A DNA stretch of 64,000 nucleotides from the IMG/VR virus record IMGVR_UViG_3300025809_001850; one strand, written 5' to 3'. The stretch's first letter is position 1, and each line of letters begins with the position of its first letter. Below the pieces are notes generated by a model. That model had not been told where the DNA came from, ran no database searches, and was given only the letters and a program-made list of their open reading frames with translations. Source of the DNA: a virus (lineage: Duplodnaviria; Caudoviricetes). Below, piece after piece: positions 10,285 through 19,860 of the stretch. The position numbers and the translations under genes are program-made.

Positions 10285-11822
10285 ATAATTTAGTGTTTGA
10301 GTTGTACAATTCACTTCGTACAAATTCTTCAAATGTATGTGTTACTGATTATAGTCTTGATAAACCAATTCATATAACCAAAAAGCAAATTTTGATAATG
10401 GCAACTGCGTTGTCAAAAGATATTGCTAAATCTACAAATTCCGATAGAGTTGGTGTTGTAATTCCAAGTTGTGGTGTAGGTATCATTGCTAATGTTGCGG
10501 TATTGCTTGCAGGTAAAATACCTGTGAATTTAAACTTTTCAGTTACAAATGATGTTGCAAGACATTGTTTAGCAAAATCGGGAATCAAGTTGATATTAAC
10601 AGTTTCTGCAATGCGTTCCAAATTTAAAGATTATCCGTTTACTGATAATACAATTGATTGTGATACACAATTAAAAGCATACAAATTTAACAAATGTAAA
10701 TTAATTTCAAATTACATTCTGCATTCACTTCCCACGTTCATTTCACGAAAAATACTGAGCATTTCACCAACCACACAATCAAAAGAATTAGCAGTTTTAT
10801 TTACAAGTGGAAGCAGTGGAAGTCCAAAAGGAGTATCATTATCTCATGCGAATATTCTTAGTAACATTGAGGGTATATGCCAAATGCAAAAGTTTCCACG
10901 TGATAGTAAACTGCTTGCCAATTTACCTTTATTTCATAGTTTTGGATTCACTGTTACAATGTGGTTACCGTTGATTAAGGGCATTCCGATTGTTACAATA
11001 CCAAGTCCCTTGGAAATAAATAAAACCATCACAGCGATTGAAAATGAGCAAGTAAGCATACTTCTAGGAACTCCCACCTTTTTGCGTGGATATCTTAAAA
11101 AAGGATCAAGCAATAAATTCAAAAGTTTGCAATATGTTGTTGCTGGGGCAGAAAAAAGCAATATAGATTTTATTAAACAATGGGAAACTTTAGCAGAATG
11201 CAAATATCTTGAAGGATATGGTCTTACAGAAACATCTCCTGTGATTTCATTGAATACCACCACCCACGGAATCAAACATGGATCAGTTGGAAAGTTGTTA
11301 CCGAATGTAATAGTTAAAACTATACATCCCGAAACAAAACAAGATTTAAGAAGACATGACAGTGGAATATTATGCTTTCAAGGCAACAACATATTCACAG
11401 GATATATCATGGATCGTTCAAAAACCAATTCATCATTTGAAAATGGTTGGTTTGTTACAGGTGATATAGGTAAACTTGATGAAGAAGGATTTCTTTTTAT
11501 TGAAGGAAGATTATCAAGATTTTCCAAAATTGGTGGGGAAATGATTCCACATGAAACAATTGAAGAATGTGCAGTCAAAATACTTGAATGGGAATCAAAC
11601 GAAGCAACCAACTTGGTGGTGGTCGGAAAGCCTCACGCAACAAAGGGTGAAGAATTGATTTTAATTACCACACAATCAATTGATTTTGATAATCTCAGAA
11701 GTAAACTATCCAAGCAACTTGGTAATTTATTCGTTCCCAAAAAACACCAAATCGTAAATGAAATACCTGTGCTTGCCACAGGAAAATTGGATTTACACGC
11801 AATAAAATCACTTGTAAACTAA
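10281..11822 (+). CDS. AMP-binding enzyme, Aas-type acyl-ACP synthetase module lacking the acyltransferase domain
   Basis: LFTSGSSGSPKGV, LPLFHSFG, EGYGLTETSP, TGD, GRLSRFSKIGGEM, GKLD motifs. Confidence 0.9.
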   Translation: MNNLVFELYNSLRTNSSNVCVTDYSLDKPIHITKKQILIMATALSKDIAKSTNSDRVGVVIPSCGVGIIANVAVLLAGKIPVNLNFSVTNDVARHCLAKSGIKLILTVSAMRSKFKDYPFTDNTIDCDTQLKAYKFNKCKLISNYILHSLPTFISRKILSISPTTQSKELAVLFTSGSSGSPKGVSLSHANILSNIEGICQMQKFPRDSKLLANLPLFHSFGFTVTMWLPLIKGIPIVTIPSPLEINKTITAIENEQVSILLGTPTFLRGYLKKGSSNKFKSLQYVVAGAEKSNIDFIKQWETLAECKYLEGYGLTETSPVISLNTTTHGIKHGSVGKLLPNVIVKTIHPETKQDLRRHDSGILCFQGNNIFTGYIMDRSKTNSSFENGWFVTGDIGKLDEEGFLFIEGRLSRFSKIGGEMIPHETIEECAVKILEWESNEATNLVVVGKPHATKGEELILITTQSIDFDNLRSKLSKQLGNLFVPKKHQIVNEIPVLATGKLDLHAIKSLVN

Positions 11823-11831
11823 AAATAATGC

Positions 11832-11860
11832 TTGACTTTTTATAATAATTTTGGTAAGAT
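11832..11860 (+). promoter_or_regulatory. Early promoter, repeat family copy 2
   Basis: TTGACT-17-TAAGAT followed by ACTTGTATTGAGAGTGAG. Confidence 0.85.
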
Positions 11861-11903
11861 ACTTGTATTGAGAGTGAGTTTTAACAACGTTAAAAATAAA
11901 AAT

Positions 11904-12071
11904 ATGAGTGAAGTAAATAAGAATGACATTCTTGCGGAAAAGATTGCAAGAAGAATTGAAGTAAAGAATGATATCAAGGAAATGAGGTCGGTTGGAAATT
12001 ACGATGGTGCTGAGTTTTTATTGAATGAATTGAAGAGTTTGAACAATACAGTCAAGTTGTTCAGCAAGTAA
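11904..12071 (+). CDS. Small early hypothetical protein
   Basis: ATG 11904 (MSEVNK); the track extension is promoter sequence. Confidence 0.6.
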   Translation: MSEVNKNDILAEKIARRIEVKNDIKEMRSVGNYDGAEFLLNELKSLNNTVKLFSK

Positions 12072-12268
12072 TGATTTCTTGGGAAGTAGCAGAAGCAAAA
12101 AAGGCTGCGAAGGTATATCGGTCGTTTAACATCAAGTGTCGTGTTGTCGTTTGCAAGCATTATTCCTCGTATCTGAGGGTGTATGATGATGCTTCTGATG
12201 ATTACTCAGAACGATACAACAAAGCACGAAAGAAGTGCAATACACTCGGTATAGAAGCATGGTATTAA
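12071..12268 (+). CDS. Small hypothetical protein
   Basis: TAATG coupling. Confidence 0.6.
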   Translation: MISWEVAEAKKAAKVYRSFNIKCRVVVCKHYSSYLRVYDDASDDYSERYNKARKKCNTLGIEAWY

Positions 12269-12280
12269 TGAAAACAATGC

Positions 12281-12309
12281 TTGACTTTTTATAATAATTC
12301 TGATAGTAT
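12281..12309 (+). promoter_or_regulatory. Early promoter, repeat family copy 3
   Basis: TTGACT-17-TAGTAT. Confidence 0.85.
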
Positions 12310-12346
12310 TACTGTATTGAAAGTGAGAGAAAAGAAACAAAAAATT

Positions 12347-12583
12347 ATGAGAGAAACAGAAATTAGAAACAAAATCAAAGAAATCGTTAACGAAAATATT
12401 CGTTATGCTGATCCTAAAGATTCCATTAACACAAGTAAGTTTCATGGATGGGAAGCAAAGGAGTTTGCCGGAAAAGAAGGATACTGCATTCAATCAGCAG
12501 AAGAAGTGCTTGATGATATCATACACGACTTGAAGTCTTTGCAAAGAGAAATTACAACTTCACTATCACCCACAACAATATAA
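12347..12583 (+). CDS. Small early hypothetical protein
   Basis: ATG 12347 (MRETEI) downstream of the promoter. Confidence 0.6.
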   Translation: MRETEIRNKIKEIVNENIRYADPKDSINTSKFHGWEAKEFAGKEGYCIQSAEEVLDDIIHDLKSLQREITTSLSPTTI

Positions 12584-12587
12584 TATT

Positions 12588-12827
12588 ATGAGTTTAAATC
12601 AACATATACAAGAATGTGCATCCGAATGTGGAGTTGACCTTGAGGTTAGCAATTCCAACGAAGAAAACATTGAATACAAAGGTCATGTCATTGAGGTGTG
12701 GTACGATGAAAATTCCAATTCACCTCTTGCATGGAATGCGTTCGTTAAAGGATTCGGAACTTATTCAGAGTATGGACGTGACCGAGTTGTTCATGTCGCA
12801 AAACGAAAAATAGACGGACTATGTTAA
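12588..12827 (+). CDS. Small hypothetical protein
   Basis: ORF track; operon spacing. Confidence 0.6.
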   Translation: MSLNQHIQECASECGVDLEVSNSNEENIEYKGHVIEVWYDENSNSPLAWNAFVKGFGTYSEYGRDRVVHVAKRKIDGLC

Positions 12828-12971
12828 ATGTTATCAAAAACATCGTTGGTGTAGCACTTACTTTATACGGTGCATTACTTGCTATCAACTTGATTTATTG
12901 TTTGATTGGTGAACTGAAGTGGAATAAAATTTTTTATTTGTGATTAAGAGTTTGGTTGATATATATACTGT

Positions 12972-14249
12972 ATGGATAAATTGACCACAGAAGATAAAAA
13001 TATCATCATTGAAGGAGTTGTTGGTGGTTCAAATAATCTTGAGTTTTTAAGCAAAAAATCTTCGTCACGAATCCACTTGTATAAAATCATGGTGTCAGGT
13101 GAACGAGCAGCTGCCAGACGAAAAATGCAAACGAACTTGCGTAAATATAAAATCAGATTTTCTGAGAAACGAATAAATAGTCTTTCGAGTGAACCAATTA
13201 CAGAGTTTGTAAAAAGTGGAGTTACGGTTAGAGTATTATACAAACCAGCATCTGGTGGAATGAATGAAACAACATTAAATTCTACAATAACTGAACTCGT
13301 ACCTTGTTTGATGTTTCACAATAATATTAAAGCAACTGATGTAAACAAGTTGCAACAAGAATTATATAAAATAAAACACTCAACTCAAAAGTGCTATGTA
13401 GATGTATCTGACTCTCGCACAGGACAAGAATTTGTTGAAAAGTTTGAAACATCTTCAAAGTATGCGGAGAAAATGAAAAACGCAATCGCAATCAATAAGT
13501 TTTTGATCGAGACTAATCGGCGGAAACCAATTAAAACGGTCTATTGGACATACAGAAAAAAACCATCAGGTATTCCATCTAATTCACCTGCTGATATTGT
13601 GATTTCATTTACTGATGGTGAAATGTTAGGAGTTAGTTTAAAAGCAGGAACAAGTTCAAGTAAAGAACCTTTGTTAAACACATACATCAATCCTGTGTTT
13701 GAATTTTTTGGTGGAAGTTCTCGTGTTGCAACGTTGCGTAAAAAGTTATACAACTCGGTTTATAGTAAAATAGAAAATATACCATCCTCACAAAATTACG
13801 ACAAACTAGAAAAAAACATTACCATTGAAAATCTAGAGTTGTTAAAAAGCACAGATGAAACTGAATACAATAAATTATACGATGATGCGTTGCAAATCAT
13901 TCGTGATGCTTTGGTGAAAACTTTGACGGAAAACAAAACCAAGTTTTTGAAGTATGTAAGAAGTGAAATATTAAGAGAAAGCAATGTAGCAGTAATTTTG
14001 ATCAAAGCAACTGGAACTTCATATGAAGAAAAACGAGATTCAAACAAATTAAAAAAACTTCTTCCTCAGACCATCAGTATTGATGCAAAAGTTTCATCTT
14101 CCAGCAAGCAAAACTTTTGTATAGAGTTAAAAGGAAAACAAGGATGTATAGGCAAAATGAATTGGTCGGTAAGAACAAACAAAGTTGCACCTTTAAATAA
14201 ACTTGGTCAGTTTTTCAATATGGCAGTTAAATACAATGGATTAGATTAA
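12972..14249 (+). CDS. Putative PD-(D/E)xK restriction-endonuclease-like protein
   Basis: SPADIVISFTDGEMLGVSLKAG catalytic-like motif; preceding TITELVPCL helix. Confidence 0.55.
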   Translation: MDKLTTEDKNIIIEGVVGGSNNLEFLSKKSSSRIHLYKIMVSGERAAARRKMQTNLRKYKIRFSEKRINSLSSEPITEFVKSGVTVRVLYKPASGGMNETTLNSTITELVPCLMFHNNIKATDVNKLQQELYKIKHSTQKCYVDVSDSRTGQEFVEKFETSSKYAEKMKNAIAINKFLIETNRRKPIKTVYWTYRKKPSGIPSNSPADIVISFTDGEMLGVSLKAGTSSSKEPLLNTYINPVFEFFGGSSRVATLRKKLYNSVYSKIENIPSSQNYDKLEKNITIENLELLKSTDETEYNKLYDDALQIIRDALVKTLTENKTKFLKYVRSEILRESNVAVILIKATGTSYEEKRDSNKLKKLLPQTISIDAKVSSSSKQNFCIELKGKQGCIGKMNWSVRTNKVAPLNKLGQFFNMAVKYNGLD

Positions 14250-14250
14250 G

Positions 14251-14649
14251 TTAATCTGACAATTTCCATTCGTCACCATCTTCAAAATCTTCAAAATCTT
14301 CAACTTGATCAAAATCTTGATTATCTGCATAAGAATCGAGAAACTTGCTTTCATCTGATGTGAAGTGGTTTATGTCGTGCAAATACATATGACCATCAAA
14401 TGTAGGATACTTTTCACGAAATTTCTTTTCAAAGTCCATAAACTTTTCTAATGTTAATGTTTCGTGAGGAAAATCTATACAGGCCTCCATTTCTTCACCA
14501 AATGTTCCTCCTGCCGAACCTTTATATGAATCTACAAACAACAACATATCATCAACACGATGATCTATTTCATCTTCGGTAATGCCCACAAATCCGAACT
14601 CGTTTCCTCGGATCGTTATTCCATGTTTTATGTCAAATAAACCTTCCAC
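14251..14649 (-). CDS. Acidic hypothetical protein
   Basis: GTG start; ATATTTAC-like motif upstream on the minus strand; convergent with the nuclease-like gene. Confidence 0.6.
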   Translation of the reverse strand: MEGLFDIKHGITIRGNEFGFVGITEDEIDHRVDDMLLFVDSYKGSAGGTFGEEMEACIDFPHETLTLEKFMDFEKKFREKYPTFDGHMYLHDINHFTSDESKFLDSYADNQDFDQVEDFEDFEDGDEWKLSD

Positions 14650-14713
14650 TTGTATATGTAAATATGGAATACTACATGAAATGTATAGTTTTTTGATTTT
14701 ACGAAAAATGATG

Positions 14714-14742
14714 TTGACTTTTTATAATAGTTATGGTAAGAT
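14714..14742 (+). promoter_or_regulatory. Early promoter, repeat family copy 4
   Basis: TTGACT-17-TAAGAT. Confidence 0.85.
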
Positions 14743-14751
14743 AAAAACACA

Positions 14752-15435
14752 ATGAGAGAAACAATTATACCAAAAACTGCAATAACAGAATATAAAAAAG
14801 GTGTGATTATGCACTTTGTTAAAAGCAAATATGATAATTGTACATGGAATAAAAATCTCAGTACTTGGAAAATGCTTCAAAACCGATACGACAACGGAAC
14901 ACGTGATTCTCAGCAAAGCAAATTGTATGATGGTGAGTATAATTTACTTCCAAGTCGTGATGAAGATTATCTTGAGTTTGATGCAGTAATTTTAAAAATT
15001 GCAGAAGTTGTAAATGATACATGGTTTCGCAAAAAGTTTGGTCGTTTGTTTTCAGATACTGAACTAAAAGTAGAAAATACGAGTTCTCGTCAAAATATGG
15101 CATATGCGTTGGGAACAGACTTTTTGTCGTTACCACCTCAATTTTGTAATGTTCCTATTATTTTGCACGAATTAACTCATATCATTGTTGATAGATTATC
15201 TCATGTGGTTTACTTTAAAAAGAATTATACAACTCATGGCAGAATGTTTGCTTTTATTTATTTGGAATTAGTTAAAAAATATATGGGTACACGTTCACAT
15301 ACAATACTTAAAACGGGATTCAAAAACTATAACGTTAAGTATCACAACAGAATTGCTCAAACTAGTATTCGTAGAAAACTGCAACGAGAGCAACTTGTTC
15401 GTAATTTAAGCAAATGTGAAAAAGTTTCTAATTGA
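14752..15435 (+). CDS. SprT-like zinc metalloprotease-domain protein
   Basis: ILHELTH (HExxH) with downstream HGRMF third ligand. Confidence 0.65.
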   Translation: MRETIIPKTAITEYKKGVIMHFVKSKYDNCTWNKNLSTWKMLQNRYDNGTRDSQQSKLYDGEYNLLPSRDEDYLEFDAVILKIAEVVNDTWFRKKFGRLFSDTELKVENTSSRQNMAYALGTDFLSLPPQFCNVPIILHELTHIIVDRLSHVVYFKKNYTTHGRMFAFIYLELVKKYMGTRSHTILKTGFKNYNVKYHNRIAQTSIRRKLQREQLVRNLSKCEKVSN

Positions 15436-15778
15436 CACACATTCAGTTGTGTTTGGTTCAAATGCTCAAGAAAACAGTGACTTGGTATCTGAATATAAAG
15501 AATCACATCCAACTGCAACTTGGTTTCATTTAACAAATAGAAGTTCAAGTCATGCTTTTTATTTAGGTGATGATATTCTTGATACATCTGAAATTAACAT
15601 CATTGGCAATATATTATTGGCATTAAGCAACGAAGATGGTAAAAACCATAAAATTACAATGTGTCAATTAAACAATGTCAAAATAACCAAGACACCTGGA
15701 TTGGTTAACATCACCAATGATAAACAAAAACGGATTAGGAAAATAAACAATTTTGATTTAACAGATTATAAAAACTAA
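15416..15778 (+). CDS. Stand-alone NFACT RNA-binding (NFACT-R/DUF814-like) domain protein
   Basis: GSNAQENSDLV...TWFHLTNRSSSH resembles the G+NAxEN...WFH...SSH pattern. Confidence 0.6.
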   Translation: MKKFLIDTHSVVFGSNAQENSDLVSEYKESHPTATWFHLTNRSSSHAFYLGDDILDTSEINIIGNILLALSNEDGKNHKITMCQLNNVKITKTPGLVNITNDKQKRIRKINNFDLTDYKN

Positions 15779-15799
15779 CATTAATAATATTTATATAAT

Positions 15800-15928
15800 G
15801 TGTTAGAAAAAATATGGGATAAAATTACTTGGGCAGTTGCATATGCATTGCTACCAATTACTTATCCAATTATGCTTATACAAGAACGATCAGAACGTAA
15901 AAACAAAAAACGTATAAGAAAAAAATAA
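15800..15928 (+). CDS. 42-aa membrane peptide (not in the ORF track)
   Basis: GTG start 5 nt after ATATTTAT; hydrophobic WAVAYALLPITYPIMLI followed by a basic tail. Confidence 0.45.
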   Translation: MLEKIWDKITWAVAYALLPITYPIMLIQERSERKNKKRIRKK

Positions 15929-16255
15929 TAGTTGACACACTCTTTTATTTTCCATATATTTATTACTTGTGAAAATAAAAAGAAATAAACAAACATCAGC
16001 AACATTAGATTGCACACTATTTTGGGAAAAAAGTGATTTGGTGTTTGTGGCGGACAACAATAACGCAATACACGATAATGATCATTATACGTGTTTTTCA
16101 CATATAGAAAAGAAAATAGTTTAATCTAACAATTTTTATAAAAACCTCTTTAATTGTAATAAAGTTTAATATTTATTATAATTATAAAAAGTCCTTTAAT
16201 TCAGAAGGCACGTTCTTGAAATAAAGAACATAGATTAAAATAAGGAAATAGCAAA

Positions 16256-16489
16256 ATGAAAGCAATATTCGAAAAAGTAAATGGATTCGTTAAGGGCTTG
16301 ACAGGTGTATTCTTGGCTGTAGTAGGTCTTGGAGTAGCAGGTCAAATCGTCCTCGGTGATAAAGTTGGATTCGACGTAATTGGTAACCTTCAGGGTATCG
16401 TAGACGGATTCGTTGGCGAAGGTGCAAGCCTTGCTGGTTTAATTACTCTTCTTGTTGTTCTTGCGTTGATCGCAGGTGACAAAGAGTAA
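16256..16489 (+). CDS. Small two/three-helix membrane protein, probably highly expressed
   Basis: Hydrophobic helices; TAAGGA SD; distinct codon choice (ttc, atc, ggt, gta); paralog at 59479. Confidence 0.75.
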   Translation: MKAIFEKVNGFVKGLTGVFLAVVGLGVAGQIVLGDKVGFDVIGNLQGIVDGFVGEGASLAGLITLLVVLALIAGDKE

Positions 16490-16492
16490 AAC

Positions 16493-16529
16493 TCTAGGTA
16501 ACACCTAGAATATGTCTGAGTAATCAGGC
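16493..16529 (+). terminator. Double hairpin after the small membrane protein gene
   Basis: TCTAGGT-aac-ACCTAGA then CTGA-gtaa-TCAG, T-rich downstream. Confidence 0.4.
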
Positions 16530-16582
16530 TTTAGTTTTGTACCCCTTTCCTTATGGTTTGGGGTACATTTCGTTTATAAACA

Positions 16583-16611
16583 TTGACATTGTTTTTATGA
16601 GTTTCTATAAT
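16583..16611 (+). promoter_or_regulatory. Perfect consensus sigma70 promoter
   Basis: TTGACA-17-TATAAT; ATG at +7. Confidence 0.85.
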
Positions 16612-16617
16612 AATAAC

Positions 16618-16782
16618 ATGAATTTATACAAAGAAGTAGTAACTGCGATAAAAATTGTTCAAAATGACCGAGAAGACTTTTTAGCACGATCACTTGCACA
16701 CGAAGATTTAATCAAGATAAAGAAACTTTTGGATGAGCAACTTAAGGATTCTGTGCTTGCAATGGAAAAAAATGAAACCTAA
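16618..16782 (+). CDS. Small leaderless hypothetical protein
   Basis: ATG 7 nt after the -10. Confidence 0.6.
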   Translation: MNLYKEVVTAIKIVQNDREDFLARSLAHEDLIKIKKLLDEQLKDSVLAMEKNET

Positions 16783-17005
16783 AAGATTCTTTTTTCATTA
16801 CAATAAACCTGAGAGTCGTAGACAAGGTCGCAATGTGCTAACGGTGCATTGGAAAAATGCTTGCATTCCTGTGAATCATTTGAAGATTAATGTTCCAATT
16901 GAATCTCATACTCAGAAATCACAACCACATTGCGTTATGCGTGGATTCGCAAATTCTGTGGAAATACTTGAAGATAATAATCAAAAAACTGCTATTATAA
17001 TATAA
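16772..17005 (+). CDS. Conserved phage hypothetical protein (FFHYNKP...QPHCVMRG)
   Basis: ATG 16772 overlapping the upstream gene. Confidence 0.65.
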   Translation: MKPKRFFFHYNKPESRRQGRNVLTVHWKNACIPVNHLKINVPIESHTQKSQPHCVMRGFANSVEILEDNNQKTAIII

Positions 17006-17021
17006 TCTTATATTTATATGA

Positions 17022-19481
17022 ATGGCAACTTATTTATATAATGATGGTGAATTAACTGAGTATACACTTGGTGATGACTTGAATGCTCCAGTTCGTTCTT
17101 TATTTTTAATTTCTGATGAAGAAACAATATTTGATGTAACAATCGAATTTACTGACGATGAAATCGTAGATTTGACATTACCGTTGATTGCATCTTTAAA
17201 TGGTAAACATTATTATTCTCTTCCACGAAAATTATTTAATTTTATAGAACTTACAGGTCCCCAAGGACCTATCGGAGATGGTTTTGTATTTTCAACAAAA
17301 CAGGAACTTCAAGATGCGGTTGATGCTTGGAACACAGATTCAATCTCTGCAACAGAAACTTACGGAGATATCAGCACATGGAATGTAAGTGCGATAACGG
17401 ATATGTCTTATTTGTTTGCCTATAAAAGCAACATTACAACTCTTGATCTTAGTGGGTGGGACATAAGTAATGTGACCAATATGTTTAGTATGTTCGATAA
17501 TTGTAATGCTTTAACTTCTTTGAATACGAGCAATTGGGATACAAGCAGTGTGACGAATATGAGGCGGATGTTCAATCGTTGTTCATCTTTAACTTCTTTG
17601 GATACTAGCAGCTGGAATACAAGTAATGTGACCAGCATGGAGAATATGTTCTATAATTGTACGTCTTTAGCTCCCCTTAACGTGAGCAACTGGAATACAA
17701 GTAATGTGACCAGTATGAGGTTTATGTTCTATAATTGTACGTCTTTAGCTTCTCTCAACGTGAGCAGCTGGAATACAAGTAATGTGACCAATATAGGTGG
17801 TATATTCAATAATTGTACGTCTTTAGCTTCTCTTGATGTGAGCAACTGGAATACAAGTAATGTGACCAATATGCATCAGATGTTCGGTTATTGTACATCT
17901 TTAACTTCTCTTGATGTGAGCAATTGGGATACAAGTAATGTGACCGATATGTTTAGTATGTTCGGTGGCTGTCCAGTTGCTTCTCTTGATGTAAGCAATT
18001 TTGACACAAGTAATGTGACTATTATGACTCAAATGTTCAACAATTGCTCTGCTCTATCTTCTCTCGATGCGAGCAACTTTGACACTAGTAATGTAACCAA
18101 TATGGATCAGATGTTCGATTATTGTACATCTTTAACTTCTTTAGATTTGAGTAGTTGGTGCGTAACTAATATTGCACCAGAAAATTGGGGTCCCCAAGCC
18201 AATAGCTTCGCACAATCTGCGTCATTTGCAAATACCCCAAGCAATCTTCCTGTTTGGGGAACTTGTCCAGATGTACCATCACCAACTCCTTCTCCGAGTG
18301 TCACTTTAGATTCAGGACCTCAAGGACCTACCGGAGATGGTTTTGTATTTGAAACAAAAGCAGACTTACAAACTGCGGTTGATGATTGGAACACAGATTC
18401 AATCTCTGCGGAAGCAACTTACGGAGATATCAGCAATTGGAATGTAAGTGCGATAACGGATATGTCTTGGTTGTTTGGCTGGAAACAGAATATTAACTCT
18501 CTTGATCTCAGTGGTTGGGACACAAGTAATGTGACGAATATGAGTTTTATGTTCACCACGTTACCCACGTTATCTTCTTTAAATGTAAGTTCTTTTAATA
18601 CAAGTAATGTGACGAATATGAGGTATATGTTCAGTGGGTGTCAGTCTTTAACTTCTTTAAATGTAAGTTCTTTTAATACAAGTAATGTGACCGATATGTA
18701 TGCGATGTTCAGTGAGTGTCAGTCTTTAACTTCTTTAAATGTAAGTTCTTTTAATACAAGTAATGTGACCATTATGACTGAGATGTTCAAAAGCTGTCGT
18801 GATCTAACTTCTATAACTTTCGGAGACAATTTCGATACAAGTAGTGTGACGAATATGAGTAGTATGTTCTACCAGTGCAGTAACCTAACTTCCCTTGATG
18901 TGAGCAATTGGGATACAAGCAATGTGACATTTATGTACCAGATGTTCAGACAATGCGACACCCTAACTTCGTTAAATGTAAGTTCTTTTAATACAAGTAA
19001 TGTGACGGATATGAGGTATATGTTCTGGGAGTGTAAAGGGTTAACTTCTTTAGATTTAAGTTCGTTTGTTACAAGTAGTGTGACGGCTATGAGTGAGATG
19101 TTTAATAATTGTTCTGCTCTAACTTCTTTAGATTTGAGTTCTTTTGATACAAGCAATGTGCCGAGTATGCTGAATATGTTCGCTGGGTGCTCATCTTTAA
19201 CTTCTTTAACTTTCGGAGACAATTTTGATACAAGTAACGTGACGGATATGAGGTATATGTTCGCTACGTGCTCATCTTTAACTTCTTTAAATGTAAGTAA
19301 TTTTGATACAAGTAGTGTGACACAGATGGATAAGATGTTCTGGATGGGTTCTGCTCTAACTTCTCTTGATATAAGCAATTGGTGTGTAACGAATATAACT
19401 GAAGAACCGAAGGATTTTGCAGACTGGTCTCCTTGGTATGCAACCGAGTCAAATCGTCCTGTTTGGGGAACTTGTCCGTAA
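17022..19481 (+). CDS. BspA/DUF285-type leucine-rich-repeat surface protein, two tandem LRR modules
   Basis: ~25-aa repeats LTSLDVSNWDTSNVTNMxxMFxxC; two N-caps GPQGPxGDGFVF and two C-caps WCVTNI...PVWGTCP; ATATTTAT 4 nt upstream. Confidence 0.9.
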   Translation: MATYLYNDGELTEYTLGDDLNAPVRSLFLISDEETIFDVTIEFTDDEIVDLTLPLIASLNGKHYYSLPRKLFNFIELTGPQGPIGDGFVFSTKQELQDAVDAWNTDSISATETYGDISTWNVSAITDMSYLFAYKSNITTLDLSGWDISNVTNMFSMFDNCNALTSLNTSNWDTSSVTNMRRMFNRCSSLTSLDTSSWNTSNVTSMENMFYNCTSLAPLNVSNWNTSNVTSMRFMFYNCTSLASLNVSSWNTSNVTNIGGIFNNCTSLASLDVSNWNTSNVTNMHQMFGYCTSLTSLDVSNWDTSNVTDMFSMFGGCPVASLDVSNFDTSNVTIMTQMFNNCSALSSLDASNFDTSNVTNMDQMFDYCTSLTSLDLSSWCVTNIAPENWGPQANSFAQSASFANTPSNLPVWGTCPDVPSPTPSPSVTLDSGPQGPTGDGFVFETKADLQTAVDDWNTDSISAEATYGDISNWNVSAITDMSWLFGWKQNINSLDLSGWDTSNVTNMSFMFTTLPTLSSLNVSSFNTSNVTNMRYMFSGCQSLTSLNVSSFNTSNVTDMYAMFSECQSLTSLNVSSFNTSNVTIMTEMFKSCRDLTSITFGDNFDTSSVTNMSSMFYQCSNLTSLDVSNWDTSNVTFMYQMFRQCDTLTSLNVSSFNTSNVTDMRYMFWECKGLTSLDLSSFVTSSVTAMSEMFNNCSALTSLDLSSFDTSNVPSMLNMFAGCSSLTSLTFGDNFDTSNVTDMRYMFATCSSLTSLNVSNFDTSSVTQMDKMFWMGSALTSLDISNWCVTNITEEPKDFADWSPWYATESNRPVWGTCP
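17253..19478 (+). repeat. Degenerate ~75-bp tandem LRR repeats within a duplicated ~1.06-kb module
   Basis: Recurrent atacaagtaatgtgac; N-cap DNA repeated at ~17253 and ~18312; cctgtttggggaacttgtcc at 18250 and ~19458. Confidence 0.85.
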
Positions 19482-19504
19482 TAATTCATAACTGAAATTA
19501 ATGC

Positions 19505-19533
19505 TTGACTTTTTATAATATTTATGGTTTACT
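19505..19533 (+). promoter_or_regulatory. Early promoter, repeat family copy 5
   Basis: TTGACT-17-TTTACT; ATG at +7. Confidence 0.8.
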
Positions 19534-19539
19534 ATAGGT

Positions 19540-19860
19540 ATGCTTGAGAGAGAAGTAGTATTAGAGAAATTAAAATCTGCATATTCCCAAAAATGGAATT
19601 CCAACAAATCGGTAAGATGCCCAAGACTTAAAACTCTTGCGAACATCATTAACGAGTTTATTGATGGATATACTGCCAAAATTCGCAGTAGTTATCACAC
19701 TTCAAGCACACGCACCGGTAGATACTGCATTGATGGTGCAACTCGTTCTGCTACTATGCTAACGATACAAGGAGCAAATGGGTACATTAAACGACACAAT
19801 AGTGCTGAAGCATATCGTAGCAATTACGACATCGTAGATTGGATTCTGAATCACGTATGA
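19540..19860 (+). CDS. Early hypothetical protein (leaderless)
   Basis: ATG at +7. Confidence 0.65.
   Translation: MLEREVVLEKLKSAYSQKWNSNKSVRCPRLKTLANIINEFIDGYTAKIRSSYHTSSTRTGRYCIDGATRSATMLTIQGANGYIKRHNSAEAYRSNYDIVDWILNHV

Noticed and set aside
17400-19400. N-x-S sites in the LRR protein as glycosylation sequons
   Set aside because: They are structural LRR consensus positions (WNTS, LNVS), mostly lacking D/E at -2, and the protein has no signal peptide.
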